64,000 nucleotides of DNA from Eledone cirrhosa (lineage: Eukaryota). The stretch covers positions 30,938,001 through 31,002,000 of the forward strand of contig OZ024740.1 of the NCBI GenBank assembly GCA_964016885.1, read 5' to 3'. The position numbers were made by a program, and so were the translations under genes. Position 1 is the first letter of the stretch. Each line of letters starts with the position of its first letter. The notes beneath the pieces are model-generated. The model was not told where the DNA came from. It did not search any database and saw only the letters and a list, made by a program, of their open reading frames with translations. Shown here one piece after another: positions 50,901 to 63,304 of this stretch.

Positions 50901-53900
50901 ATTTTATTGGTATTAGGGTAAATATTGGATTGGTATTTGGGTAAATATTGTATTGGTATTAGGGTAAATATTGTATTGATATTTGGGTAAATATTGTCTT
51001 GGTATATGGGTAAATATTGTATTGGTACCAGGGTAAATATTGTATTGGTACTAGGGTAAATATTGTATTGGTATTAGCGTAATATTGTATTGGTATTTGA
51101 GTAACTATTGTATTGGTACTAGGGTAAATATTTTATTGGTTCTAGGGTAAATATTGTATTGGTATTTGGGTAAATATTGTATTGGTACTAGGGTAAATAT
51201 TGTATTGGTATTTAGGTAAATATTGTATTGGTACTAGGGTAAATATTGTATTGATCCTAGGGTAAATATTGTATTGGTATTTAGGTAAATATTGTATTGG
51301 AACTAGGGTAAATATTGTATTGGTATTTAGTTAAATATTGTATTAGTACTAGGGTAAATATTGTATTGGTACTAGGGTAAATATTTTATTGATATTTGGG
51401 TAAATATTGTATTGGTACTAGGGTAAATATTGTATTGGTACTAGGGTAAATATTGTATTGGTACTTGGGTAAATATTGTATTGGAATTAGGGTAAATATT
51501 GTATTGGTATTTGGGTAAATATTGTATTGGTTATAGGGTAAATATTGCATTGGTATTTGGGTAAATATTGTATTGGTATTAGGGAAATATTGTATTGGAA
51601 CTAGGGTAAATATTGTATTTCTACTAGGGTAAATATTGTATTGGTATTAGGGTAAATACTGTATTGGTATTAGGGTAAATATTGTATTGGTATTAGGGTA
51701 AATATTCTATTGGTATTAGGGTACATATTGTATTGGTACTAGGGTAAATATTGTATTGGTACTAGTGTAAATATTGTATTGGTATTAGGGTAAATATTGT
51801 ATTGGTACTAGGGTAAATATTGTATTGGTATTTGGGTAAATATTGTATTGGTATTAGGGAAATATTGTATTGGTACTAGGGTAAATATTGTATTTGTACT
51901 AGGGTAAATATTGTATTGGTATTAGGGAAATATTGTATTGGTATCTGGGTAAATATTGTATTGGTACCAGGGTAAATATTGTATTGGTACCAGGGTAAAT
52001 ATTGCATTGGTATTATGGTAAATATTGTATTGGTATTAGGGTAAATATTGTATTGGTATCAGGGTAAATATTGCATTGGTTATAGGGTAAATATTGTATT
52101 TGTTCTAGGGTAAATATTGTATTGGTATTAGGGTAAATATTGTATTGGTACTAGGGTAAATATTGTATTGGTATTTAGGTAAATATTGTATTGGTACTAG
52201 GGTAAATATTGTATTGGTATTTTGGTAAATATTGTATTGGTATTAGGGTAAATATTGTATTGGTATTTAGGGTAAATATTGTATTGGTACTAGGGTAAAT
52301 ATTGTATTGGTATTAGGGTAAATACTGTATTGGTATTAGGGTAAATATTGTATTGGTATTAGGGTAAATATTGTATTGGTATTAGGGTAAATATTGTATT
52401 GGTTCTAGGGTAAATATTGTATTGCTATTAGGGTAAATATTGTATTGGTACTAGGGTAAATATTCTATTGGTACTAGGGTAAATATTGTATTGGTACTAG
52501 GGTAAATATTGTATTGGTATTTGAGTAAATATTGTATTGGTACTAGGGTAAATATTGTATTGGTATCAGGGTAAATATTGTATTGGAACTAGGGTAAATA
52601 TTGTATTGGTACTAGGGTAAATATTGTATTGGTATTTGGGTAAATATTGTATTGGTACTAGGGTAAATATTGTATTGGTACCAGGGTAAATATTGCATTG
52701 GTATTAGGGTAATATTGTATTGGTATTTGAGTAAATATTGTATTGGTACTAGGGTAAATATTGTATTGGTTCTAGGGTAAATATTGTATTGGTATTTGGG
52801 TAAATATTGTATTGGTATTAGGGTAAATATTGTATTGGTATTTGGGTAAATATTGTATTGGTACTAGGGTAAATATTGTATTGGTATTAGGGTAATATTG
52901 TATTGGTATTTGAGTAAATATTGTATTGGTACTAGGGTAAATATTGTATTGGTTCTAGGGTAAATATTGTATTGGTATTTGGGTAAATATTGTATTGGTA
53001 TTAGGGTAAATATTGTATTGGTATTTGGGTAAATATTGTATTGGTACCAGGGTAAATATTGTATTGATATTAGGGTAAATATTGTATTGGCATTAGGGTA
53101 AATATTGTATTGATATTTGGGTAAATATTGTCTTGGGATATGGGTAAATATTGTATTGGTACCAGGGTAAATATTGTATTGGTACTAGGGTAAATATTGT
53201 ATTTGTATTAGGGTAATATTGTTTTGGTATTTGAGTAAATATTGTATTGGTACTAGGGTAAATATTGTATTGGTTCTAGGGTAAATATTGTATTGGTATT
53301 AGGGTAAATATTGTATTGGTATTTAGGTAAATATTGTATTGGTACCAGGGTAAATATTGTATTGATATAAGGGTAAATATTGTATTGGTATTAGGGTAAA
53401 TATTGTATTGGTATTAGGGTAAATATTGTATTGGTACTAGGGTAAATATTGTATTGGTATTTGGGTAAATATTGTCTTGGTATATGGGTAAATATTGTAT
53501 TGGTACTAGGGTAAATATTGCATTGGTATTTGGGTAAATATGTCTTGGTATTAGGGTAAATATTGTATTGGTATTTGGGTAAATATTGTATTGGTACTAG
53601 GGTAAATATTGTATTGGTATTTGGGTAAATATTGTATTGGTACTAGGGTAAATATTGTATTGGTATTAGGGTAAATATTGTATTGGTATTAGGGTAAATA
53701 TTGTATTGGTATTTGGGTAAATATTGTATTGGTATTAGGGTAAATATTGTATTGATATTTGGGTAAATATTGTCTTGGTATATGGGTAAATATTGTATTG
53801 GTACCAGGGTAAATATTGTATTGGTACTAGGGTAAATATTGTATTGGTATTAGGGTAATATTGTATTGGTATTTGAGTAAATATTGTATTGGTACTAGGG

Positions 53901-55920
53901 TAAATATTTTATTGGTTCTGGGGTAAATATTGTATTGGTATTTGGGTAAATATTGTATTGGTACTAGGGTAAATATTGTATTCGTATTTAGGTAAATATT
54001 GTATTGGTACTAGGGTTAATATTGTATTGATATTAGGGTAAATATTGTATTGGTAGTTAGGTAAATATTGTATTGGTACTAGGGTAAATATTGTATTGGT
54101 ATTTAGGTAAATATTGTATTGGTACTAGGGTAAATATTGTATTGGTACTAGGGTAAATTTTGTATTGGTATTTGGGTAAATATTGTATTGGTACTAGGGT
54201 AAATATTGTATTGGTATTAGGGTAAATATTGTATTGGTATTAGGGTAAATATTGGATTGGTATTTGGGTAAATATTGTATTGGTATTAGGGTAAATATTG
54301 TATTGATATTTGGGTAAATATTGTCTTGGTATATGGGTAAATATTGTATTGGTACCAGGGTAAATATTGTATTGGTACTAGGGTAAATATTGTATTGGTA
54401 TTAGCGTAATATTGTATTGGTATTTGAGTAAATATTGTATTGGTACTAGGGTAAATATTTTATTGGTTCTAGGGTAAATATTGTATTGGTATTTGGGTAA
54501 ATATTGTATTGGTACTAGGGTAAATATTGTATTGGTATTTAGGTAAATATTGTATTGGTACTAGGGTAAATATTGTATTGATCCTAGGGTAAATATTGTA
54601 TTGGTATTTAGGTAAATATTGTATTGGAACTAGGGTAAATATTGTATTTGTACTAGGGTAAATATTGTATTGGTATTAGGGTAAATACTGTATTGGTATT
54701 AGGGTAAATATTGTATTGGTATTAGGGTAAATATTCTATTGGTATTAGGGTACATATTGTATTGGTACTAGGGTAAATATTGTATTGGTACTAGTGTAAA
54801 TATTGTATTGGTATTAGGGTAAATATTGTATTGGTACTAGGGTAAATATTGTATTGGTACTAGGGTAAATATTGTATTGGTATTTGGGTAAATATTGTAT
54901 TGGTACTAGGGTAAATATTGTATTGGTACTAGGGTAAATATTGTATTGGTATTTGGGTAAATATTGTATTGGTATTAGGGAAATATTGTATTGGTACTAG
55001 GGTAAATATTGTATTTGTACTAGGGTAAATATTGTATTGGTATTAGGGAAATATTGTATTGGTATCTGGGTAAATATTGTATTGGTACCAGGGTAAATAT
55101 TGTATTGGTACCAGGGTAAATATTGCATTGGTATTATGGTAAATATTGTATTGGTATTAGGGTAAATATTGTATTGGTATCAGGGTAAATATTGCATTGG
55201 TATTAGGGTAAATATTGTATTTGTTCTAGGGTAAATATTGTATTGGTATTAGGGTAAATATTGTATTGGTACTAGGGTAAATATTGTATTGGTATTTAGG
55301 TAAATATTGTATTGGTACTAGGGTAAATATTGTATTGGTATTTTGGTAAATATTGTATTGGTATTAGGGTAAATATTGTATTGGTATTTAGGGTAAATAT
55401 TGTATTGGTACTAGGGTAAATATTGTATTGGTATTAGGGTAAATACTGTATTGGTATTAGGGTAAATATTGTATTGGTATTAGGGTAAATATTGTATTGG
55501 TATTAGGGTAAATATTGTATTGGTTCTAGGGTAAATATTGTATTGCTATTAGGGTAAATATTGTATTGGTACTAGGGTAAATATTCTATTGGTACTAGGG
55601 TAAATATTGTATTGGTACTAGGGTAAATATTGTATTGGTATTTGAGTAAATATTGTATTGGTACTAGGGTAAATATTGTATTGGTATCAGGGTAAATATT
55701 GTATTGGAACTAGGGTAAATATTGTATTGGTACTAGGGTAAATATTGTATTGGTATTTGGGTAAATATTGTATTGGTACTAGGGTAAATATTGTATTGGT
55801 ACCAGGGTAAATATTGCATTGGTATTAGGGTAAATATTGTATTGGTACTAAGGTAAATATTGTATTTGTACTAGGGTAAATATTGGTATTAGGGAAATAT
55901 TGTATTGGTATTTGGGGAAA
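26907..55920. repeat. ~29-kb satellite of a 23-bp unit (~1,260 copies) with higher-order duplications
   Basis: Consensus tagggtaaatattgtattggta(c/t), uninterrupted; rare variants recur in the same order at kb spacings. Confidence 0.98.
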
Positions 55921-56024
55921 TTAATCCAGGTGTTGTAGGCTTTATTCTTTACCAATACTCCTGAATAGGCAGAGTTGAGACAATGTTGGATAGAATTCTT
56001 TACTGTATTCGTTTCTGCTCTCCG

Positions 56025-56143
56025 AGTTCAAATCCCACCAAGGTCAACTTTGCCTTTCATCCTTTCGAGGTCGATAAAATAAAGTACCAGTAATGAACTG
56101 GGGTAATTGCTGGCCTTGTGCCAATAGTAGAAACAATTATTAT
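56025..56143 (+). mobile_element. SINE 3' half
   Basis: Same family as 13313-13432, with (ATT)n tail. Confidence 0.75.
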
Positions 56144-56229
56144 TAGGTTTGGGAGATTTGGCTATGTTAGATGACGAGTTAGATGAATATTGATTTCTAA
56201 TATAGCAAAAGGCCTGCAAATATGGTGGG

Positions 56230-56269
<40 letters not shown>

Positions 56270-56392
56270 CGGCGGCAGCGGCAGTTGTAGTAGCAGCAGC
56301 GGCTGTAGTAGTAGTAGCAGTAGTAGTAGTAGTCAATTAAGGATCATTCATATTGTAAATATCTCCTTTTTTTCTCCTTTTTTTCAATTCAG

Positions 56393-56546
56393 CCCAAAGA
56401 CTTTTTGCTAACCCCTGTCTCATGACCAACCCTTGTACTGCTGGCTATAGCTGTAAAAACAAAATTTGCCACTTAATATGTAAAACAGATATGTGTCTAA
56501 ATGGTGGCCAGTGTTTGGTTATTAATAACAATTCTTCATATTGCAA
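56393..56546 (+). CDS. Host gene exon D: Cys-rich/EGF-like region
   Basis: Polypyrimidine tract + cAG, donor GTaagt; encodes (A)QRLFANPCLMTNPCTAGYSCKNKICHLICKTDMCLNGGQCLVINNNSSYC(K); phase 1 to 2. Confidence 0.9.
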
Positions 56547-56766
56547 GTAAGTATGATATATTCACGCCTTCCTTCAATATGTATAAGAACAGAAATGATT
56601 TCCACATTTCATCATCAAATCATTGACTGCAGCAAAAATGTGAGTGCCAAGGAATGTACATACGTACATTCTACATGCATACATCATCATCACCATCATC
56701 ATCATCATCATTATCATCATCGTTTAATGTGATGATGATGATGATGATGTATGCATGTACAATGTA

Positions 56767-57266
56767 TCATCATCATCATCACCGTTTTACGTCCATTCTT
56801 CCACGCTAGCATGAGTTAGACAGGTTGTCCTGTTGTGGGCAGTGTCCGGTCGGTTGACCATGTCTTGCTCATATGGGAACTGATTCTTGCTTGATATCTA
56901 CAGCTGGATGCCCTTCCTAACACCAACCCCATTTACAGTGAGTGCTGGGTGCTTTTTTGCCATGGCACCTCCACGTCCACTTTACAGTGTCTAAAGAATG
57001 TCTAAAGTCTGTCTTAAGCTAGAGGGTTCATTTGGCTTGTGCTTATCTCGGTTTCATGGCATGGAGCGATTGAGAGTACAAGACTACCCGCTGGACAGGT
57101 CGCCAGTCCATCACGGGGTTAAACCCCCAGTTATTGCTGGTACTCATTACTGGAGCAACATGAAATTATGTGTTTTGCTCAAGAACGCAACACACAACCC
57201 AGGAATCGAACCCACAACATTATGATTGTATGTCCAACACCCTTACCACTAGGCCACGTGCCTCCA
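56767..57266 (-). mobile_element. tRNA-derived SINE (57000-57266) adjacent to an RTE-tail element (56767-56990)
   Basis: Minus strand tggcctagtgg (A box), ggttcgattcc (B box); aggaagggcatccagc...(GAT)n tail. Confidence 0.7.
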
Positions 57267-58214
57267 TGCTCACAATATATGTATCTATGTATGTATGTAT
57301 GTATCTATGCATGCATGCATCTATGAATGTACATACATGTATACATACATATGTATATATGTATGTATGTACATACATATGTATATATGTATGTACATAC
57401 ATACACACATACATAGGTATATACATACACATGTATGTGTATATGTATGTATGTATACATCTATGAATGTAGATATATACATATGTATATATGTTTATAT
57501 GTACATACATGCATATATATATTGTAAATGCATACATATACACATATATATGAATGTATATATGTATGTATACATGTATGTGTGTACATAATACATACTT
57601 ACATTGTACATGCATACATACACATGTATGCATCTATGAATATAGATACATAGATATATATGTATATGATGATGATGAAGATGGCTGCAACTCGATTTTG
57701 GGTAATGCCATAGCTTGATACTTAAGCACGAGCAGCAGGGACATGGCTTTTTCATCCTACTAAGGACTTGTCTATGGCCAGCAATACCATGCATCACAAG
57801 AATGTCACCTATCAATCAATGCCTGTGCTTGAAGCTTTTTTAAATGAAGAAAGGCTTTGCTCTGGGCCAATCCCACTCTCTCAACATTGAATGCATTTGC
57901 CCAAAAAGAAGAGCTGGCCTACATCATTGGATACAAATAAAGTCACAGGTTTTATATCAGTGACCTTCTCTTAGAGAGATGTCTTAATGAAGACTAGGGG
58001 TCTCTCGTTTCACAAAAAAAAATTTATTGGATGGCTGTTGACTCTCCCTAGTTCCTCCGCCCTTTGACGGGTTTTATTTTTCCTCCTGCAGGGTGTCCAA
58101 ATCACCCTCCCCACCAAGCATGCTTGGTGAGGTTGCCGATTTAGTTCTCAACAACCCGACCAAGCATATGTATTATATGCACGTATATACATATGTATAA
58201 AATGTATGTACATA

Positions 58215-59107
58215 CAGGATGCGGACGATATCTGTTTGCAAGATTACTGTCTATGAAAAAATAACGCAGTAGTTTTATTTTTTAAGATATATTTATCAAA
58301 CTTGGGTCAGTTTGTCTTCATGACTTGTTCTTTCGATCTCACTTGATAAACCCGCCATTGGCTTTGATGACGGCCTCAAGGCGGCCTCGGAACCGACTAC
58401 AGGCCTTTGTCACTGTCCTCTGACTTAGGCCCCTAAAGGCACTTGTGATCCTGGCCTTCAGATCATCTTTCGTATTGCAGCTAGATCTGTTGGTGTCTCG
58501 TTCCACTGCGCCCCACACAAAGAAGTCGAGGCGGTTGCAGTCGGGCGAGCTGGGAGGCCAGATGTCAGGTGAAGTGTGGTCGACGAAGTTCTCTGACAGC
58601 CAGGCTTGGGTCTTTCGGCTGGTATGGCAGGGCGCTGAGCCTTGCTGCCACACATACGGCCTTACCTGCAGCTACCTGGTCGATCCAGGGCTTTACTACC
58701 TCGCTCAGAACGCGGATGTAGCCATCGGTGTTCAGCTTCAGGCCCTCAGGGAAGAAGTGAGGTGGCATGATGTCACCTTGACTGCTGACGACACCTAAGA
58801 CCAATGTTGTCGCTGGAAACTTTGTCTGCATGACTCTGGGCATGTCTTTGGATGAGACAGCGAGCCACCTGTTGTTCTGGGAGTTGATCTTCTGGTCTTA
58901 TTTGTCCTCCCGGTGCTGATTCCAAGAAAAACTCTGTGTCTCTTCCACAAATTAGGAGGTTCAAAATTATTCATAATCAATTATTCTGAAAATAAATAAT
59001 GGAAATATAGTCACTGTTTTTATGAAGACAAGAGTGACAACAGAAGTAAAAAAAATTTGCATAAAATTAGCAGTTGAAAATTGCGAACAAATATTGTCCA
59101 CACCCTG
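58215..59107 (-). mobile_element. Tc1/mariner-superfamily maT (DD37D) element, internally deleted
   Basis: TA-flanked imperfect TIRs caggatgcggacgatatctgtttgcaa / ttgcgaacaaatattgtccacaccctg; WQQ(G)SAPCH...WPPSSPDCNRLD with 37 residues between the last two catalytic positions. Confidence 0.88.
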
Positions 59108-59742
59108 TACATATGTATATCCATATATATATATATATGTACATACATACATTGTACATGCATACATACATATGTATATACATATACATGTATGAATGTA
59201 TGCATCTATGTATGTAAATACATACTTACATTGTACATGCATACATTGTGCAACCATACATATGTACATGCATACACATGTATGTATGTAACGTCTGCTT
59301 TCCATCCTAGCAAGATATGTATGCATGTCTGTCTGAGTGCTACTGGTAACATGTAGCCCAGTACAACGGAAGAACTCATAAGAGTTAACGGCCATCCAAA
59401 AATGTGTAAATATGTATATACACATGTACTTATGTATGTATATGTATATATGTCTATACATATGTGTATGTATATGCATGGGGACATAGAAATAGTCGGG
59501 CTGGATACCCAATCGTGCAGTTAAACCACTGGGAGTGAAGGACCCTTAGCCTTTGTCAGGGCATTCTTCTAGGAGAAGGCAACTCCAATATAAAACCTGC
59601 TGCTCAGTAGTTTCCCATGATGTTGATTTTTTCTTCTTTTCGGGTTATAGCTACCGCTGCTCAAAGAGTGGGATTGGCTCAGTGCATAGTCTTTCTTCAC
59701 TTTAAAAAAAATCTTCACTCACAGGCATTGCACAATAGTAAT

Positions 59743-59934
59743 AATTGTTTCTACTTTTGGCACAAGGCCAGCAATTATCCCAGTGCATTACTGGTACTTT
59801 ATTTTATCGACCCCGTAAGGATGAAAGGCAAAGTTCACCTCGGCGGGATTTGAACTCAGAATGGCAAGGGCTGTAACTCCATGCGTCAAAGCATGGCATC
59901 CGACCCTCTACCGATACTGCTAATCCACCGCCCT
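59743..59934 (-). mobile_element. Full-length SINE
   Basis: Same family as 15636-15823. Confidence 0.8.
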
Positions 59935-60150
59935 TATAATAATTATTAATAATGGTATATCATGCAATTGCCATACTCGATAATGAGGGGGCAGCCATCA
60001 TGTATTTATATGTATGTATGTATCTATGTATGTATATGTGTATATGTATATATGTGTATACATATGTACGTATGGCTATATAGATGTATTTGTTAATAAT
60101 CTTTAGATTTTTCATTACATAACTTAATGTTTGTTTTCCTTCTGTAACAG

Positions 60151-60321
60151 ATGCTCATCCAATTCAAGATATTACTACACAGGTACAACATGTGAGAAAG
60201 AAAATCTGTCCTGGCAGTTTTTGAGTGCTATAGCAGGAGGAGTTTGTGCTGCTGTAGTGGCCATTTTGCTTGTCATTATCGCAACAGTTTGTTGGAAACT
60301 GAAGAAAAACAGGAAAAGCAG
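60151..60321 (+). CDS. Host gene exon E: end of EGF domain, transmembrane helix, basic stop-transfer segment
   Basis: Acceptor ttccttctgtaacAG, donor GTaaag; encodes (K)CSSNSRYYYTGTTCEKENLSWQFLSAIAGGVCAAVVAILLVIIATVCWKLKKNRKS; phase 2 to 2. Confidence 0.9.
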
Positions 60322-60839
60322 GTAAAGTTTTAACCACTATTGTGGATTGGCAGTATCGGTAGAGTGTCAGTACCAGTAATGCACTGGGTAATTGCTGGCC
60401 TTGTGCCTAAAGTAGAAACAAGTATCGGTAGAGTGTCAGACAACATGCTTGCCTTTCATCCTTATGGGGTCGATAAAGTACCAGTAACACACTGGTGTCG
60501 ATTTAGCCGATTTCCCCTTCCCTTCAAATTGTTGGCCTTGTGCCAAATGTAGAAACAATTATTATTATTGGTATGGACATGTGATGGGTGAAGAAGTGCT
60601 AGAAAATCCCAGTGAAAGGAGACTGAAATAGTGGTAGACCAAGTAAGACATGGGCAGAGGTGTTGAGAGCTGACTTCAAATCACTGAGACTCACAGAGGA
60701 GATGAAGGAGCGCAGAAAATGGAGGGATGCTGTGTAACCCATGCAAGCATGGAAAAATCGGATGTAAAAACAATAATGACAATGATGATTATATATATAC
60801 ATGCTATGTGTATCCCATATATAATAATAATATATTAAT

Positions 60840-61063
60840 AATTGTTTCTACTTTAGGCACAAGGCCAGCAATTTTTTTAAGGGGAAGGAAAAGTCGATTT
60901 AATCGATTCCAGTGCATTACTGGTGCTTTATTTTATCGACCCCGTAAGGATGAAAGGCAAAGTTAACCCCGGCGGGATTTGAACTCAGATCATAAAGGGT
61001 CATAACTCTATGCTGCAAAGCATGGCGTCTGACCCTCTACCGATACTGCCAATCCACCGCCCT
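60840..61063 (-). mobile_element. Full-length SINE (longer variant)
   Basis: Same family, with extra segment ttttttaaggggaaggaaaagtcgatttaatcga. Confidence 0.8.
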
Positions 61064-61184
61064 ATAATAACAATAATGGTTTCTGTATTGGCATAACATG
61101 AAGAAAAACATTACAGACGGCACAGGACGATACAAAGTGGGTTTGGGCTGTGTAAAAAGGTTATAAAAGACAGAAACGTGTAAA

Positions 61185-63100
61185 TCATCATCATCATCAT
61201 CATCATTTTACATCCGCTTTTCCCTGCTTGCAAGGGTGGGACGGGTCTTATTCAGCACAGCATCTCTCCACTTATCACGGTCCTTCGTCATCTCCACCGT
61301 GAGCTTCAGCGATCTGAAGTCTGTTCTCACCACCTCCACCCATGTTTTTTGTGGTCTACCTCTACCACGTCTTCCTTCAACTGGCATTTCCTGGCACTTC
61401 TTCACCCATCGGTCATCCTCCATGCACATCACATGTCCATACCACCTCAGTCTCCTCTCTCGCACACTACATTCTATCCCTCTCAGACACAGTTTATCTC
61501 TCAACACACTCATGCTGGGTCGTTCACGCACATTGACATTGCACATCCAACGGAGTATGCTTGCCTCATTTCTCTCTAGTCGTCGCATATCCTCTGGAGT
61601 TGGTGCCCATGTCTCAGTACCATGCAACATCGCGTTCCTCACACAGGCATCATATAACCGGCCTTTCGTATGCAGAGAGAAACCCTTCTTCGTCAGCAGA
61701 GAAAGCAGCTCCCTAAACTTCTTCCAACCCGTCCTTATTCTAGTCTATGGCCACGGAACACCCCACTCCCATGCTAATCTGATCTTCTAGGTACCGGAAG
61801 CTATCCACCACTTCTATAGCGCCCTCCTGCATTTGAAAAATGTGTCTATCAATGCGACTTCTACTGTCTAATTTCTCTGTACATCTACTGCATACATATT
61901 TCTCCCTACCTGTTAGTTTGCCTGCTATCCCGCTACATCTCTTGTGTACCCAGGATCTGCATTGTGTGCATTTTATAGAATTTATGCCAGTTCCTTTTCT
62001 GCATATCGAACATGGCCATTTCCCTGACGGAATCAGGGTTTTGTCCTCTTTTCTACTCATCAGCACTTTTGTCTTAGCTAGGTTCACTCTCAGCTTCCAA
62101 CTGCTGTTTCCATAGCCACAATTTATTCTCTAGCTCCTCTACTGATTCTGCTATAAGAACCAGATCGTCAGCATAGAGAAGTTCCCATGGACAACCAGTC
62201 TTAAACTTCTCTGTTATGGCTTGGAGGACTATAATGAACAAGAGCGGGCTGAGGACCGAACCTTGATGTACTCCTACTTGTATCTGGAATTCCTCACTAA
62301 ACTCCATTCCTACCCTGACTTTACTGAGAGTACCTCTGTACAAAGTTTGCACTGTCCTCACAAGCCATTCCTCAACACCTAGTTTTCTTAGGGACCACCA
62401 GATGACAGATCGGGGTACCCTATCAAAGGCTTTCTTTAGGTCAACAAAGGCTAAGTATAGTGGCTTATTTTTCTCTAAGAACCTCTCTTGTAATTGTCTC
62501 ACCAAGAAGAGGGCATCTGTTGAACTCTTCCCAGGCACAAAATCAAACTTCAAACTTCAAAACACAAAATTCAAGAATTCTCACTCCTTCTCATTTCTTG
62601 AGCTGTAACTGTGCCCACTATGTACCCCAGTGTAATCATCCTGGAGCTGTCCAACATAACCATTGAAGTCCCCTGCTAGCATAACAATGTCTCTGTCCTC
62701 TGTCATTGCTGTTGTTTGTAAAAGTTGCTCGTAAAAGCAGTCTTTCTCTTCTTTGCCTAGGCCTGCTTGTGGAGCATAGGCAGAGATGATTGTCAGTAGT
62801 CTCCTGCCTACAACTAATCTAAGCTTAATTATTCGATCACTAACTCGAACTACCTCTATTGTCTTATTGATCCATCTCTCAGCCAGAAAAATGCCTACTC
62901 CCCCTAACCCATCATCCTTACCTACCCAGAAAAGCTTATAGCTAAGATGTTTGCCTATGACTAGTCTCGCAGAGGCACCTCTCCATCTCACCTCTTGCAT
63001 GCAGCACACATCCACATGCCTCCTCTCCAGCATCTCCGCTATTTCAGCAGATCTACCTCTGAGAGTGCCAACATTATGTGTTGCAACTGAGATGCGACGT
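61185..63100 (-). mobile_element. RTE LINE, sister subfamily, with internal deletion joining APE to mid-RT
   Basis: APE 62581-63033 (MQEVRW, SAYAPQ, GDFN) abuts RT 62074-62553 (FVDLKKAFDRV, LYADD); finger region 61740-62087; (CAT)n tail. Confidence 0.9.
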
Positions 63101-63304
63101 CTTCATATTTTGTTGTTGTTCCTATCTTACTTGTTGCTGTGCTGATAAATCGTTTTGGCATTGATACACTGGTTGGATGCCATTCCTAACACCAGCGCCA
63201 CTTTACAGCATGGACTGGGTGCTTTTATTTGTGCCACCAGCACTAGTGAGGATGTCTTACTAGACTCAAGAGCCCTCTCTACCCCTCCATTTTACAGCAT
63301 GGTC

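Noticed and set aside
26907-55920. CRISPR array or repetitive protein gene (ORFs such as 31025-31384)
   Set aside because: Units are contiguous with no unique spacers and no cas genes. A 23-bp period cycles frames and hits stops, so the ORFs are chance stop-free runs repeated by duplication.
56028-56411. Poly-Thr/poly-Ser ORFs
   Set aside because: Translations of a (TAG)n/(CAG)n microsatellite plus SINE sequence.
57190-57266. tRNA gene (also 23965-24036)
   Set aside because: A and B boxes are present, but the sequence continues into SINE body and I could not fold a full cloverleaf.
57220-57815. Tyr/Met/Ile/His-rich ORFs (also 58967-59512)
   Set aside because: Degenerate (TATG)n/(TA)n microsatellite.
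59490-59620. Structured-RNA-like segment (ttagcctttgtcagggc...taggagaaggcaactcc)
   Set aside because: Reminiscent of retrotransposon 5' UTR sequence, but I could not fit any ribozyme fold or define boundaries.
60131-60325. Standalone 64-aa membrane peptide
   Set aside because: Better explained as internal exon E, with acceptor at 60149-60150 and donor at 60322.
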